From assembly GCF_001194135.2 (NCBI RefSeq), contig NC_068985.1, positions 40,693,311 through 40,757,310 on the forward strand: a stretch of 64,000 nucleotides of DNA, in the 5' to 3' direction. Source of the stretch: Octopus bimaculoides. Lineage: Eukaryota. The stretch's first letter is position 1. Every line of letters begins with the position of its first letter. Below, in pieces: positions 12,518 to 25,183 of this stretch. Under the pieces are notes generated by a model. That model had not been told where the DNA came from. It did not search any database and worked only from the letters and a program-made list of their open reading frames with translations. A program made the position numbers and the translations under genes.

Positions 12518-13761
12518 AGTAGGAAGGTAGATAAAACACAAACCCCTTCAGGTAGATGGCCCTGCTCAGTATGTAGAAAAGGAGTAGGTAGTAACTCTAT
12601 AAGATGTACCCGGTGCAAGCTATGGACACATAAGAGGTGCAGCAACATCAAATGCAGGTTAACTAGCAAGTTAGTTTTTGTTTGTGGCAGATGTTCAGGT
12701 GCAATAAAGACTGCAAACAAACAGGAAACAACTTCTATCTCATTCCAGGGTGAAAAACTAGAGGTAGTCGATAGCTTCCGCTATCTGGGCGACCAAGTTA
12801 GTAGTGGGGGTGGGTGCGCTGAAAGTGTAGCTGCTAGAATAAGAATAGCCTGGGCAAAGTTTAGAGAGCTCTTACNNNNNNNNNNNNNNNNNNNNNNNNN
12901 NNNNNNNNNNNNNNNNNNNNNNNNNNNNNNNNNNNNNNNNNNNNNNNNNNNNNNNNNNNNNNNNNNNNNNNNNNNNNNNNNNNNNNNNNNNNNNNNNNNN
13001 NNNNNNNNNNNNNNNNNNNNNNNNNNNNNNNNNNNNNNNNNNNNNNNNNNNNNNNNNNNNNNNNNNNNNNNNNNNNNNNNNNNNNNNNNNNNNNNNNNNN
13101 NNNNNNNNNNNNNNNNNNNNNNNNNNNNNNNNNNNNNNNNNNNNNNNNNNNNNNNNNNNNNNNNNNNNNNNNNNNNNNNNNNNNNNNNNNNNNNNNNNNN
13201 NNNNNNNNNNNNNNNNNNNNNNNNNNNNNNNNNNNNNNNNNNNNNNNNNNNNNNNNNNNNNNNNNNNNNNNNNNNNNNNNNNNNNNNNNNNNNNNNNNNN
13301 NNNNNNNNNNNNNNNNNNNNNNNNNNNNNNNNNNNNNNNNNNNNNNNNNNNNNNNNNNNNNNNNNNNNNNNNNNNNNNNNNNNNNNNNNNNNNNNNNNNN
13401 NNNNNNNNNNNNNNNNNNNNNNNNNNNNNNNNNNNNNNNNNNNNNNNNNNNNNNNNNNNNNNNNNNNNNNNNNNNNNNNNNNNNNNNNNNNNNNNNNNNN
13501 NNNNNNNNNNNNNNNNNNNNNNNNNNNNNNNNNNNNNNNNNNNNNNNNNNNNNNNNNNNNNNNNNNNNNNNNNNNNNNNNNNNNNNNNNNNNNNNNNNNN
13601 NNNNNNNNNNNNNNNNNNNNNNCGTTAGGAAGGGCATCCAGCTGTAGAAACTCTGCCAAATCAGACTGGAGCCTGGTGTTGCCATCCGGTTTCACCAGTC
13701 CTCAGTCAAATCGTCCAACCCATGCTAGCATGTAAAGCGGACGTTAAACGATGATGATGAT
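12518..13761 (+). mobile_element. 5'-truncated, little-diverged RTE LINE (internal N-gap 12876-13621)
   Basis: Open frame from 12518: SRKVDKTQTPSGRWPCSVCRKGVGSNSIRCTRCKLWTHKRCSNIKCRLTSKLVFVCGRC...LEVVDSFRYLGDQVSSGGGCAESVAARIRIAWAKFRELL. After the gap the family 3' tail ends in GATGATGATGAT. Confidence 0.92.
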
Positions 13762-16220
13762 TACAAGACTTAATACTTTTTTCTAGTATTTAGTGATGTC
13801 TATTGATATTCAGTTCAGATGGTTTTTTACTGAAACCACCTTTGGTCAGAGGTATGCTCAATCAGATTGAACTGAAGATAAACAACCACAACTAGGTATA
13901 ATAGGCAATTGAATTTTGCTCTTTGGAAATGTTTTGCATGAGATGGGAGGAAATGAGAAGAAGGCAAGTATACAAAGTGGAACACATACCCAATTTCTCT
14001 AATTACGAGAAGAACCAGACCTTCTATGTATTAAGTTTAACAAGCCAGTAACCTATCTAGAGAAGGTAGGAGAGAAGGTTTATATTTTAACAACCACTTA
14101 ACATCCTGAAACTGGAAATAAGTACCTGCCTTACGATGAGTCTTTCAGTGTTTATGGGGACATTCACATTTACATTTTCACTTAGGAATTATCAGGCAAT
14201 ACAAAAAGTATTTACCATTACACACAGACACATTTGTTTCAGAAATGAGAAAAAATGTATTCAATACATAGAGTATGATTATTTATCTATACTTGGCTCC
14301 ATCACCCTCCAGAACGTGAGAAATATAGTGGCTACGAGGGAAGTGCCATCTCATCAATAGCTATTTCATATATATAACATTAAAAAATTGAAAAAAAAAA
14401 ATCAATTTTTCTAATGTGCAGCAAGGTTACGGAATTATAGTCAAGGCACATTTGCTTGACCCAACATTTTGCTGGGTCAAGCATGTTTAGTGCTTGACCA
14501 ATTCATTTTAATGTCTGTTTTCCCATGTGACCTTGGGTTCGATGAGGACCTATTTGAAGCAGCATGTTACAGTACATTGCTTTTCATTTTGGCAACCTTT
14601 ATCTGTTTTCAGAGAACTTTTATTCACTCATCTACAAACTGTTCACAAGAAACTGTAACTCACTAGTTTACACACAGATGCATATACACAGGATGGGTTT
14701 CCATACAACTTCTGTCAACCAATTCTACTCATAAGGATTTAGTTAACCCAGAGCTACTGCACAAGACATCCAAGTTGTCATGCAATGGGACTTAACTGAA
14801 AACTATGCTACTGCAAAGCAGACTTTGTAACCACACAGCCACATGGCATTTATGCATGTGTGTGTTTGGGCAGACTTGGACTGAAAGGTGCTAAACAATG
14901 AGCAACCAGTCATGGAGGTGAAAAGCAAGTGTCTCCATGTGGCTTCACCTCACATTGAATAGATGTTATTAGTGAGGAAATGAGTAAGAAAAGAACATAT
15001 TATTTGGCCAAATCCAAAGAAAGCTCAGTATTACAGTCTAATTGATATTCACTGTTATTAAGTCTGGCAATCTTGGAAACAGAGTGAAAGTTTTGGTTTA
15101 GTTACTTTTTCTTTGTACTTTGGTTTACTTCACATTTAAAACTGAATCATCTCTCTGACTTTGTAAGTTGTCTGAAAACAAGTCATTTTGGCAACCAAAC
15201 ACAACAGGGAAACCATTAATTGTTTTGCCATACTATCAGCACTTCTGTTACTACTTAGAGGATCTGGGCTATAAAGAACAATGCTTAATTTAATTACAAC
15301 AAAAAAAAAAAAATGATGTTACTACTTTACACAAAATTTAACTTCTATGAGCTGGAGACCAGTGAAAGAATTCATATCATCACGAGATTTGAAACAGCCA
15401 AATATCTCTCTACAAACTATTTAGTATTTTTTAAAAAATGAAAACCACATAAATGAAGAATTTTCAGGATTGTTCACTCACTTCAGCATTGGTGTAACAA
15501 CATTTGAGCTTTAATGAAATGAAGATTTGTGAACTCACTCTCAGTTCATATATACATATACTTCTAATATAATAAATGCAAAAAGTAATTTGTGTGTCAG
15601 TGTGTCACATTTTGACCCCCCCTCTCTCACTATTCATTGACACTCCTACTATTTCTCATGTTGGGGTGAGAGTAATAGTAGGCATAGGAGACAGTGAGGG
15701 CGATGGCAGAGAGAAACAGAGAGAGAGAGAGAGAAAGAGAGACAAAGAAATTTAGGGAGAGTTGATGATGGCAGTGGGAGTAATAATAAGGGAGAGAGAA
15801 AGAGTGGGTATGTGAGAGAAAGTGGGACTGACCACTGAACTAACATACTGAACGAACACACAAATTTAGCCTTTTTGTGATGATAATAGTATGAGCTGTA
15901 GTTGTGATAGAGGCAGAGGTGACAGTGGTACCTGAGTGGGTGAAGGATGAAGTGAGAGTAAGCGATGCGAAAGACAGTGGTGATGGTGATGAAGGGGGCG
16001 AAGTCAAAGGTATTGATGGTGGTGGTGTCAGAAGTCTGCATGGTGTGTGTATGGCAGATGTGGTGATGATGGTGGTGGTACTGTTGTTTATCATGCAACT
16101 TTGCAACAAGTTCCAAGTCAACAAATTATATCATTGTTGGGCCCAAGGCCTAATGAAGAGTCCTCCACAGGAGCTAGCTTAAAAGCCACCCCAATAGGGC
16201 GACTTTTAAGCTAGTATATC

Positions 16221-16268
<48 letters not shown>

Positions 16269-16291
16269 CACACACACTTTTTATTCTTTTC

Positions 16292-16640
16292 TTTTACTTG
16301 TTTCAGTCATTTGACTGCGGCCATGCTGGAGCATTGCTTTTAGTTGAGCAAATCAACTCCAGGATTTATTCTTTATAAGCCTAGTACTTATTCTATCGGT
16401 TGCTTTTGCCAAACAGCTATGTTACAGGGATGTAAACACACTGGCATCAGTTGTCAAGCAATGTTGCGGGGACAAACACACACACACATATATACGATGG
16501 GCTTCTTTCAGTTTCCGTCAACCAAATCCACTCACAAGGCTATAGTAGAAAACATTTGCCCAAGGTGCCACACAGTGAGACTGAACCCGGAACCATGTGG
16601 CTGGTAAGCAAGCTACTTATCACACAGCCACTCTTGTGCC
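16292..16640 (-). mobile_element. tRNA-headed SINE, family A (well-preserved copy)
   Basis: Minus strand starts GGCACAAGAGTGGCTGTGTGATAAG...GGTTCAGTCTCACTG (A/B-box-like head) and ends ATGACTGAAACAAGTAAAA. Relatives lie at about 1410-1500, 11786-11910, 14690-14845, 25880-26175, 29870-30182, 32169-32345, 37790-37930 and 57290-57840. Confidence 0.85.
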
Positions 16641-16756
16641 TTATATGTATTTTTTTTTTCATGCAATAGATTGTACAAGAGATCATAATTGAGGTTAAAA
16701 TTTATCATTAGCATTAATTCTTTTATTGTGGAAATTTGATATATCCACTCAAAATG

Positions 16757-16901
16757 CCCTTAACTGCAGAAAGAATTTTTACATACCAATCTTTTGTTCA
16801 GGAATGTCATGTTTGAAACTATTCCTATTGAGATATGACAAGTTTATTGGGGAAACGTGACTTGCAGAAAACACCAAGTCTGTTTTTTGGCAGTTAAAGG
16901 G
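16757..16901. mobile_element. Short piggyBac-type MITE (second family)
   Basis: Ends CCCT-TAACTGC...GCAGTTAAAGGG followed by TTAA (16902-16905); the left TTAA is degenerate. Confidence 0.65.
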
Positions 16902-16929
16902 TTAATGATAATTTGACTAAAAAATTTAA

Positions 16930-17130
16930 ACCTATAATGTGAGACTTCATGTGGTTATTCAACCTGCTAAATATAGCAGCCAAATCTCCTTCAGATCATA
17001 TCCTACTGTCTTAAATAAAGATGGCTGTATTGGATGAGGCAGCCCTGGATATAAGCAGGATGGTCATAGTTAGAACGTTTTTGAGCATAGATCTGCACAA
17101 TTAGTGTTGACCTGTTGCTAAGCAACAACA
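16930..17130 (+). repeat. Interspersed repeat family D (ends GACCTG..GCTAA.CAACAAC), probably a SINE body or tail
   Basis: Recurrent AACCTGCTAGAAATAGCAGCCAAATCTC...TAGATCTGC...GACCTG motif. Similar pieces lie at about 5290-5500, 9110-9260, 10340-10730 (two in tandem), 17730-17910, 30420-30600 and 43420-43580. Confidence 0.6.
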
Positions 17131-19302
17131 TGCTTTAAGTCCTAAAGTCTTAGAAAAAAATAAGAGATATTTTCTTCAATTGGTTACTGCTGTACAAAAG
17201 ATAAGTTCAAATAAAGCTGACCAAATTTACCCAATGACAACTGATTACTAACAAAAAATTCAGACATAAAAGATCTGTAAAATAACACCCACAATACCAA
17301 TTCACTCTACCACCATCACATCTCATTATCAATCTATCCTGTCCTAATCAACTACTCTCTGGTTACTGAACTCCAGTGTGTGCTAACACACATTCACACT
17401 ATTAAATTGGTAATTATTTCTGTATACTAAAGGATGGTAGTGGAGTGTTCTATATACTATACAGTATTCCCATGCATATCATATACAAAATTAATAATCG
17501 TTTCCTTGTTATTTGCAACATAAACGTACATATTCCCATTCAAAAACTGCGATAACCCAGCACTGTGCAGGGGAACAGCAATTGTTGCACAGATTGAGTT
17601 CATCTTGCACAAATAGACTCTATAGACAGACAAAAATAGACAAGACAGTAAGATGGGTACATGCCCAGGATGTCATACAGCAACCCATACAATCCACCAC
17701 TGTATGTCAGTATGTTCCTAATCTTTGAATGAGCAGACCTATAATCATAAGCATTTCAACCTTAGCCTCCTGTCCCCTCAGTATTGTATAATTATTATTA
17801 CTAGATTATTCAGTATGTCCCCTTCTCTTCCAAGATGGTAGGGTAATATTTAAGAGATTTGGCTGCCATTACTAGCAGGTTGAGCCTGTAAAAGCTCCCT
17901 CATTGGTTCTTCATCATCATCATTTTATGCATTTTTTAAATATTGGAATGTGTTGGACAGATGCCACAGTATCTCACCGCTTATCATAATCCTTCATTAT
18001 CTGCTACACATACCAAGAGAAAAAGCTAGTCAACTTTGCTTTGCATTTTGTGTGATAATATTTTTAAAGCCTTTTGATACCAGCCTGTCTCGTGCTACCT
18101 GTGGTTCATATTAATTTATGCCACCAAAACACCAAAGTTATTTTATTAACTTTTTCATTATTTTCAAAATCAACCGTTGGTGCCATATAAAAAGCACCAG
18201 CACACTCTGAGGAGTGGTTGGCATTAAAAAGGACACCCAACCTTAGAAACCAAGCCAAAACAGACTCCAGAACTTGGTGTGGCCCCTGACCTTGCCAGTT
18301 CCTGTCAAACCATCCAACCCATGCCAACATGCATAACAGGTGTTAAATGTTGATGATAATAATGAATTGCAATGATAGCAGTATATTTACCTGGTTGGGT
18401 AAATAACTATTTCCATGTAAATATGGATAATCACAAGAACACAGTGCCATTTTTACATAAAAGTGCCCATGTGGTGCCACATATAAGCACCTGTGCAGTG
18501 CCATGTAAAAGCACCCAGCACACTCTGTAAAGTGTTTGGCATTAGGAAGGGCATCCAGATGTAGAAACCATGCCAAATCAGACTGGAGTTTGGTGCACCT
18601 CCCCAGCTTGCCGGTTTCATCAGTGTCCAACCCATGCCAGCATGCACAACAGATGTTTGATGATGATGATGATATTCTAAAATGAAAGCTGTTTGATATC
18701 ATTTTTTCCATTCAAGCCCAAGAAGGATGTTTTTGTTATTGGAGCAATTATATTTTTACAGATGGATATCTTTTCTATAACCAAACCATGAATTAGAACA
18801 AAAGTAGGTTTTATGCTGGTCAAGCAAACTGGCGCAAGCAGTGTTGTATACCAGTTTCAGACACATGAAATGGCTGTAGTAAAATTTAAATCACCTGCTG
18901 CATGACGAGAAATAGTTGAACACTATTGTGTTACAGCCATTGTATTTCATGTGGTGTTTATTTCAAATACTGATTTCTTCCACAGGTTTCAAGACCTCAA
19001 GTTGGGAAATGAGTATAGTCAGTTATATTCATATTGACCCCAGTACTGAACTAGTAGTTTTATTTTGTCAATTATGGAAAGATGAAAAGGTAAAGAAAAC
19101 TTTCAGCAAGAATTAAAATAAGAATTACAAGAGGGTCACAACTAAATATTGCAAGGCATTTTTGCTAATTAAACTGTCAATATTCCTTTTGGATATTCAA
19201 AAGAGATATAATTAAAAATGGTAGACAGTGAGTGAGTGGGAGAACAAATTCAATGATACGGTTAGAAAAAAAGAAAACAATCAAATACTAAAAAGACCTT
19301 AC

Positions 19303-19543
19303 CTAGTCTGGTTCTAGATTTGTTGTGTCCCAACTGACTGTAGTCATTGTTACCACAGGAGTAGGTTTCACCATTTTCTAGGGCAATTAAAGTGTGGTGT
19401 TGACCACAAGCAATGCTCACAATAAGATTGTTTATGTCATCAGAGTACAGTTGTTTAGGACTTGTTACAATGTGGACATCATCAGCTCCAATGCCCAATT
19501 GTCCATCTTGAGAGTTACCCCAACAGAACACTACATTGGACAT
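19303..19543 (-). CDS. HERC4: Small HERC E3 ubiquitin ligase (HERC4/HERC3-like), first coding exon, RCC1 repeats
   Basis: Translation MSNVVFCWGNSQDGQLG...IACGQHHTLIALENGETYSCGNNDYSQLGHNKSRTRL has two RCC1-repeat signatures and resembles the recalled HERC4 N-terminus (MLCWGNASFGQLG...CGLRHT...TCGCNDLGQLGHEKSRKKP). ATG at 19543 has A at -3. The donor CTAG|GTAAGG at 19303/19302 gives 241 nt, phase 1. Confidence 0.88.
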
Positions 19544-19675
19544 AGTGGGCTACAGGGCAGGAAAAAAAAAAGCCACTGGCCAAAGACAATGAATTACTTC
19601 ATTCAGCCAGAACTGTATTTTGCTTCAATTCAGGTTATATCCTTCTTTTAGGAAATTTGCCTCCAAGATTGACAG
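19544..19675 (-). other. 5' UTR part of the first coding exon of the HERC4-like gene
   Basis: A pyrimidine-rich acceptor TTTTTCTGTTTACTATTTGCAG| at 19676/19675 lies 132 nt upstream of the ATG, which implies an upstream non-coding exon. Confidence 0.65.
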
Positions 19676-20712
19676 CTGCAAATAGTAAACAGAAAAATAT
19701 TAAATGAAAGCATTTAAACAATATATGAGAGAAGTCTCAAAGTATAAATAAATAAGTAAACAACAAAAGTAGGACAGTTACTTGGCTCAAAGAAACTAGT
19801 GTTGATCAGAAGATGGGCAGTGACAATGACCCACACAGGTCCACTCAAACTAATGAGGTTGATGTGGTTCGTTAAGCCTGAAAACATCTGCAAGAAAACC
19901 ACGGGTAGGGAGAACTCAGCCAAAGACATCCAGGAGCCAGGTGATGGTATTAACCTAGGCCTACAAAACTTTGTTAACTGAATCAGTAAATAATTCAAAG
20001 TACTTCTGAAATCATTACTGCTGAACATCAATTTTTCCACCTTTAGAAGTTCTTTTTTTTCTTTTTTTTTGGAGTGTGGAGGGGAGAAGAGTAGAAACTT
20101 ATATAAGCAAGCCAGTCAAATGCAGCCTGTAAATTATCACCTATGTATAAGTAAGCCAATCAAATGCTGCTTGTAAATTAGCGAAGCAATCTACAAGCTG
20201 ACACTTCAGGGACAGCTTTCTATTGACATTATTTTCTGAATTAGATTTAACAGCCTGGTTGCCACCCTATTGCAGCAAGTATCAAATGAACCAAATACTG
20301 AACAAGTTAACAAGGTCAGTGATCCAATGTAAAGTGTGAATATGCTCTGGATAATCTTTGTTTTTCCTACCACCTTGTGCTTCTGCAATTAGGTGCAGAC
20401 CAACTTGATTATTGAGGCATGAAAGACATCACCTTGATGCTGGTGTCTTTCATGTCAGCTGACACTGCCCTTGTATGTTATGTTGCAAACAAGGCTGTGC
20501 ATAGGCAAAAGATCTTCCTTGCATAAGGAGAAGGGTAATATGTTCAGTGCCATATTATATTAACAATTCTGGAGCAATAAAAGAGTGAAACCTTGAGGTA
20601 GTTGAAATAACAATGGTAGAGAATGATACAATGAAAAGAAAAAAATTACTATTGATCAACATGGATGTAGGGAAACACAAACAAAAACTGAAGAAACCAA
20701 AATGTATATAAT

Positions 20713-20729
20713 GCAGAAAAACAGAGAAT

Positions 20730-20772
<43 letters not shown>
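20713..20772. repeat. (GT)n microsatellite (representative of many)
   Basis: Pure GT run ending in an N-gap. Others: (GT)n 9540-9570; (CA)n 21383-21428 and 41489-41520; (TA)n 16231-16261, 22575-22606, 24303-24341, 43317-43346 and 58075-58128; (ATT)n 53145-53172. Confidence 0.95.
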
Positions 20773-21380
20773 NNNNNNNNNNAAGGGAGAAAGGGAAAGG
20801 CAGATAGAATTAGTACAAGGAAAATCACACAATATCTGTATGTGTGTGTGTGTGTGTGTGAGTATACATATGTAAGAGAGAAGGGGAGGAAGAAAGAAAG
20901 GTACATTAAAGTAAGAAAGAAAGTCAAAATGGAGGAGAAGGAGAGGCACATTAAAGTAAGAAAGAAAGAGTGAATAGGAGAGGGAGAGAAAAGAAATGGG
21001 AGGGGGAGGAAATCAATGACAATCTGTAAAGAAAGAAATATTTCCACCAATTAAGAATGAAACAATGGGTTCCAGCAAATAGATTTGACTGGAATCTGTA
21101 GATCTTATTGTTCTCAATGTTGTTGTTGTTGTTCTTCACATTGTTTCCTTAATGTTTGTTTTCTTGTTTTCTTTTTTTTTAACTTGTACATTTTTCCTAT
21201 TTGCTTTTCTTTTTTTCTTTTGCTTAAAAAAATAATAAAAAAAACCCCCATTTATGGTTGTCTTTTTTCTTCATTGTTTTTGTGCATCTGGGGGAGAGAG
21301 AGAAAGAACGCCAATGTTTGCTTGCTTGCTTGTATGTGTGTGTGACATGTATATAAACATCTATTTGTATACTTGCATGC

Positions 21381-21433
<53 letters not shown>

Positions 21434-22571
21434 TAAAACACAAAAATAGAAGAATATACTTCAGAATGGAGAAAATTGGTGGAGGGATGAACCAGTAGTG
21501 GGTGATAGAGGCAATCAACTGTGAAAAGTATGTCAAAGTTAAGAGAGAGAGAGAGTGAGAGAAAGTGCAGCAGAGGAAGGGGGGAGGGAGAGAAAGGGAG
21601 GGACATACAACAGCAGTCTGCCATTGCTGCACAACATCGGTATATAATGCATTTATCAATTTTATTCAGTATATCCAAAACAACACACACATATCTACAC
21701 AAACAACTGTATCAACACACAAATTATAGTTACATTGTGGCAGTCATGGTAGAAATTGACAACATACATACACTGTCATATTTACTGTTACTTCATTATT
21801 ATATTGTAATGATACATACATACATATATACATACACAGTACTTGATACAAAGTTTTTCATGATATATCCACGATCTGGTCACTGACACTGTCTAAGTAG
21901 TGAAGGTTTAACACACACATGTACATACAAACATGCATACGCATGTACTAACATGTATGTGCATGAGCATATACACCTACATACACATACCCATATACAT
22001 ACATACGTACATATGTATGTAGTCAAAAATAAGAAAAACATGAAGACTAGGTGAAAACAACAAATAGGGTGCGTTGGGTTCATGCACAGGAAAAATGGAA
22101 GTCTTAATGTTTCAAGCCGATGCTCTTCTACAGAAAGGATAGATGAGAAGAGAAAAAGATGGAGAGAAAAAAATGAGTCTGAACTAAAACAGCCAAGGTT
22201 ATCCTGAAAATGTATGCATTTATGCACTATATACACATCTCCGTACATACATACATACATACATGCATGCACTTGGAGCCTGGTGTAGCCATCTGGTTCA
22301 CCAGTCCTCAGTCAAATCGTCCAACCTATGCTAGCATGGAAAGCAGATGTTAAACGATGATGATGATGATGAAAGACAAACATTTTGTCCACTACTGAAG
22401 TCTGATTGTCATGTTTTAGATGACCTGATAGTTTGTATACTGTGACAGCTGGATAATATCTAAAACCTGTTTAAATAAATATCTGAATAAACTCTATATC
22501 TTATTTGAGTACTATCTTATTTTGTTTACACCTAATATTTGTATATGGATATGTAAATATCTATTTGTACA

Positions 22572-22608
<37 letters not shown>

Positions 22609-23236
22609 AATGAATGAGGGTGAGGTATCGAGAGGTGGAATTGTACTAAATATTGAGAAGCAACACTTGGTATAAAACCACCTTCCTCCATCGAGGGGTC
22701 TTGTCTTGCAAAGTACTTGGTGACCTCACTAGTATTGGTGCTATCAAAACAGCACCCAGTACACTCCGTAAAGTGATTGGTGTTAGGAAGGGCATCCAAT
22801 CATAAAAACCATGCAAAACTGATTCCTGCTGAATTGTCCAAACCATGTCAAGAATGGAAAATGGATGCTAACGCTTTAGTATTTAAACTGGCCATATCCA
22901 GCTCAAATATTCTACTTGTTTTACATTCAAACTAACCAGATCTGGCCTCTCACACCATTCCTAAATATCCTTCTAAAAATTAGCAGTTACCTCATCAAAA
23001 TCCCAAAGTTCCAAGATAATGCAAAGATTAATTCAAAACATGTGAATAAATAAGCATTGCATTGGACAGAATAAATGATAATATGTGTTAATGGTGTCAG
23101 TCATTTTACAATTGAATCCAATTGAATCACAACAAAAGTATTAGTCTTTTTTGATGATGGGGCAAGATTTGAATTTGGAATGCACAGAGCTGGAATAGAC
23201 ACCACAAGACATCTTGTCTGGCACTGGACTTCATAC

Positions 23237-23570
23237 TTAGGCCCTTTGCTCCCTATGGAGCATAAGCCCCCAACAACTTTTATCCATTGTTTTTGACTCT
23301 AGGTTGTCTTTCCCTGTAAGAAGAACTCCATCTCCCAGGTCTTGCTGGTTTTGAATTGTCATCAATACTTCTGTAACTTTGTTTTCTAGGTAGAGGTGTT
23401 GGCCCTACACAAACCCATTTTTACCTCTGGAAAGTGGTGGTGGACATTAATCAGGCCTTTTTCTTTTGACCTGTCCAGCACGGGAAACACTACCAAGAGC
23501 TTGTGCTCCACTGGCATAGTTCTCAGGGTCATTGAAGCATACAAGTCACCACACCACAACACAACAAGGA
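23237..23570 (-). mobile_element. Bipartite non-autonomous RTE-derived element (RTE 5' UTR fused to RTE 3' tail)
   Basis: Minus strand begins CCTTGTTGTG...CAATGACCCTGAGAACTATGCC...GCTGGACAGGTCAA, like recalled RTE 5' UTRs. It ends GGCTTATGCTCCATAGGGAGCAAAGGG, like recalled RTE 3' ends. Confidence 0.55.
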
Positions 23571-24288
23571 CTGATCTGTGGTGGACTGCCCTGGACTGGT
23601 ACCCCAAAAAGGATGAAAGCAAGGTTGACAGTAGAAGACTTGAAACTTGAATTCAGGACGCATACAGAGAAATGGTGGATTTAGTTGGATATGATGCAAT
23701 TTTGGTTTGCGTTTTGATGTCAAAGTCTAGAAATATTATCTACTGTGACAACCGAGAGAAAACTTTTTAGTTAAAAACGAAACAATTTTGTTTTTACTGA
23801 TAGGTGAAAAAGCTCTTCGACAAAAAAAGAAAAAAAAAAGCCTGGTGAAATTTTAATTAAATGAAGAGGGAGGAGAGTTCAGGACAGACATGAATATGAA
23901 AAATGAGAGCTAAAATTGCATTAAGACCTTAACTAATCTCATAAGCAGTAAAAATAGAAGAGACCATTCCAATATGAACAAAAAGTATTAAAACATGCAT
24001 GCATATGTGTGTGTGTTGTTAAACTTGGAGATGATCATATATTTTTGTCAATTAAACATATGCAGCTTCAATATTATTATTTTAGTTTCTTTGTCAAAAT
24101 TCTTTTGTCACACACTTTGTGACCTCTTCAGCAACTCTCTATCCCATGTCCCCTCTTGTTCTGCTTAAAGCTGAAGTGAAGACCAAATACATAGTGTGTT
24201 TAATTGGCAAAATATGACCATCCCCAAGTATAACAATGTGTTTCAATGCACAATTTCACATCAAGAATCTTGCAAAACAATATATGAA

Positions 24289-24346
<58 letters not shown>

Positions 24347-24962
24347 TACCCAGTTCAGTCTGTAAAGTAGATGGTGTTAGGAAGGGTATCCAGCTGTAGA
24401 AACTATGCCAAAACAGACATGGAGCCTGAACAGTCCTTGAGCCGGTCAGCTTCTGTCAAGCTATTCAACCCATGCCAGCATGGAAAATGGACATTAAATG
24501 CTGATGGTGATGATATATATATATAAATTTATCTGAATTAAGTATCCAGATGATATAATACATAAGAAGGTTTTTACATTAGGTAATTTGAGTGTACATG
24601 ATATTGGTGACTATTCTTTTAGATTTGCCATTATACTTGCATCATACCTAGGAGTTCTTAATAGAACAATATACTATTTTCTATGTGGAAACAGATAATA
24701 AGTAGAAAAGAACTGACCTATTTTACTTAATGATTATCATTGAAATATATTAACTGTCGCTGTAAGAGTCACTAGAATTAGAAAATGCAATTATGTAAGG
24801 GTGAATGGCAGTGGTGTCAAAAAGTCTGTTTAATTCTTGGCACAATAATGTGTTTTTTTTCACAATGTTCACCATCTGTGACAAGGTTGCTTTGAATCAT
24901 GCATTCATAAATATAGATTATTCAAGTTCTGGTCCAACACAAAGCTCATTAGCCTTGCTTAA

Positions 24963-25183
24963 CCCTTTAGCATTTAAACTAGCCATATCTGGCCATAATA
25001 TTCTATTTGTTTTATGTTCAAACTGGGCAAATAACAGTTTCTTACACCTGCACTACAATGTCATATTAAAAGTAGACAATCCTATCTTCAAAATCTCAAA
25101 GCTACAAGATAATGTACGGTTAATTCAAAACAATGTGAATAAATAAGCATTACATTTGACAAACTAATCTGAATGCTAAAGGG
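24963..25183. mobile_element. piggyBac-type MITE
   Basis: TIR CCCTTTAGCATT...AATGCTAAAGGG flanked by TTAA at 24959-24962 and 25184-25187; 221 bp. A decayed relative lies at about 22870-23075. Confidence 0.9.

Noticed and set aside
15649-16182. ORFs of 92-155 aa rich in His/Thr/Leu or Gly/Val/Asp
   Set aside because: Translations of GA-rich and degenerate (GGT/GAT)n low-complexity DNA, with no domain signature or splice context. The same applies to 4548-4808, 20649-22272 and 31990-32160.
16560-16640. tRNA-like sequences with A/B boxes (also 29190-29263, 46452-46520, 62244-62330)
   Set aside because: They continue into SINE bodies and lack a full cloverleaf; these are SINE heads, not tRNA genes.
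17970-18105. Possible minus-strand cassette exon (CCACAG...GCG|GTGAG) in the HERC intron
   Set aside because: It has stops in all three frames, and the flanking coding exons already join collinearly with HERC4.
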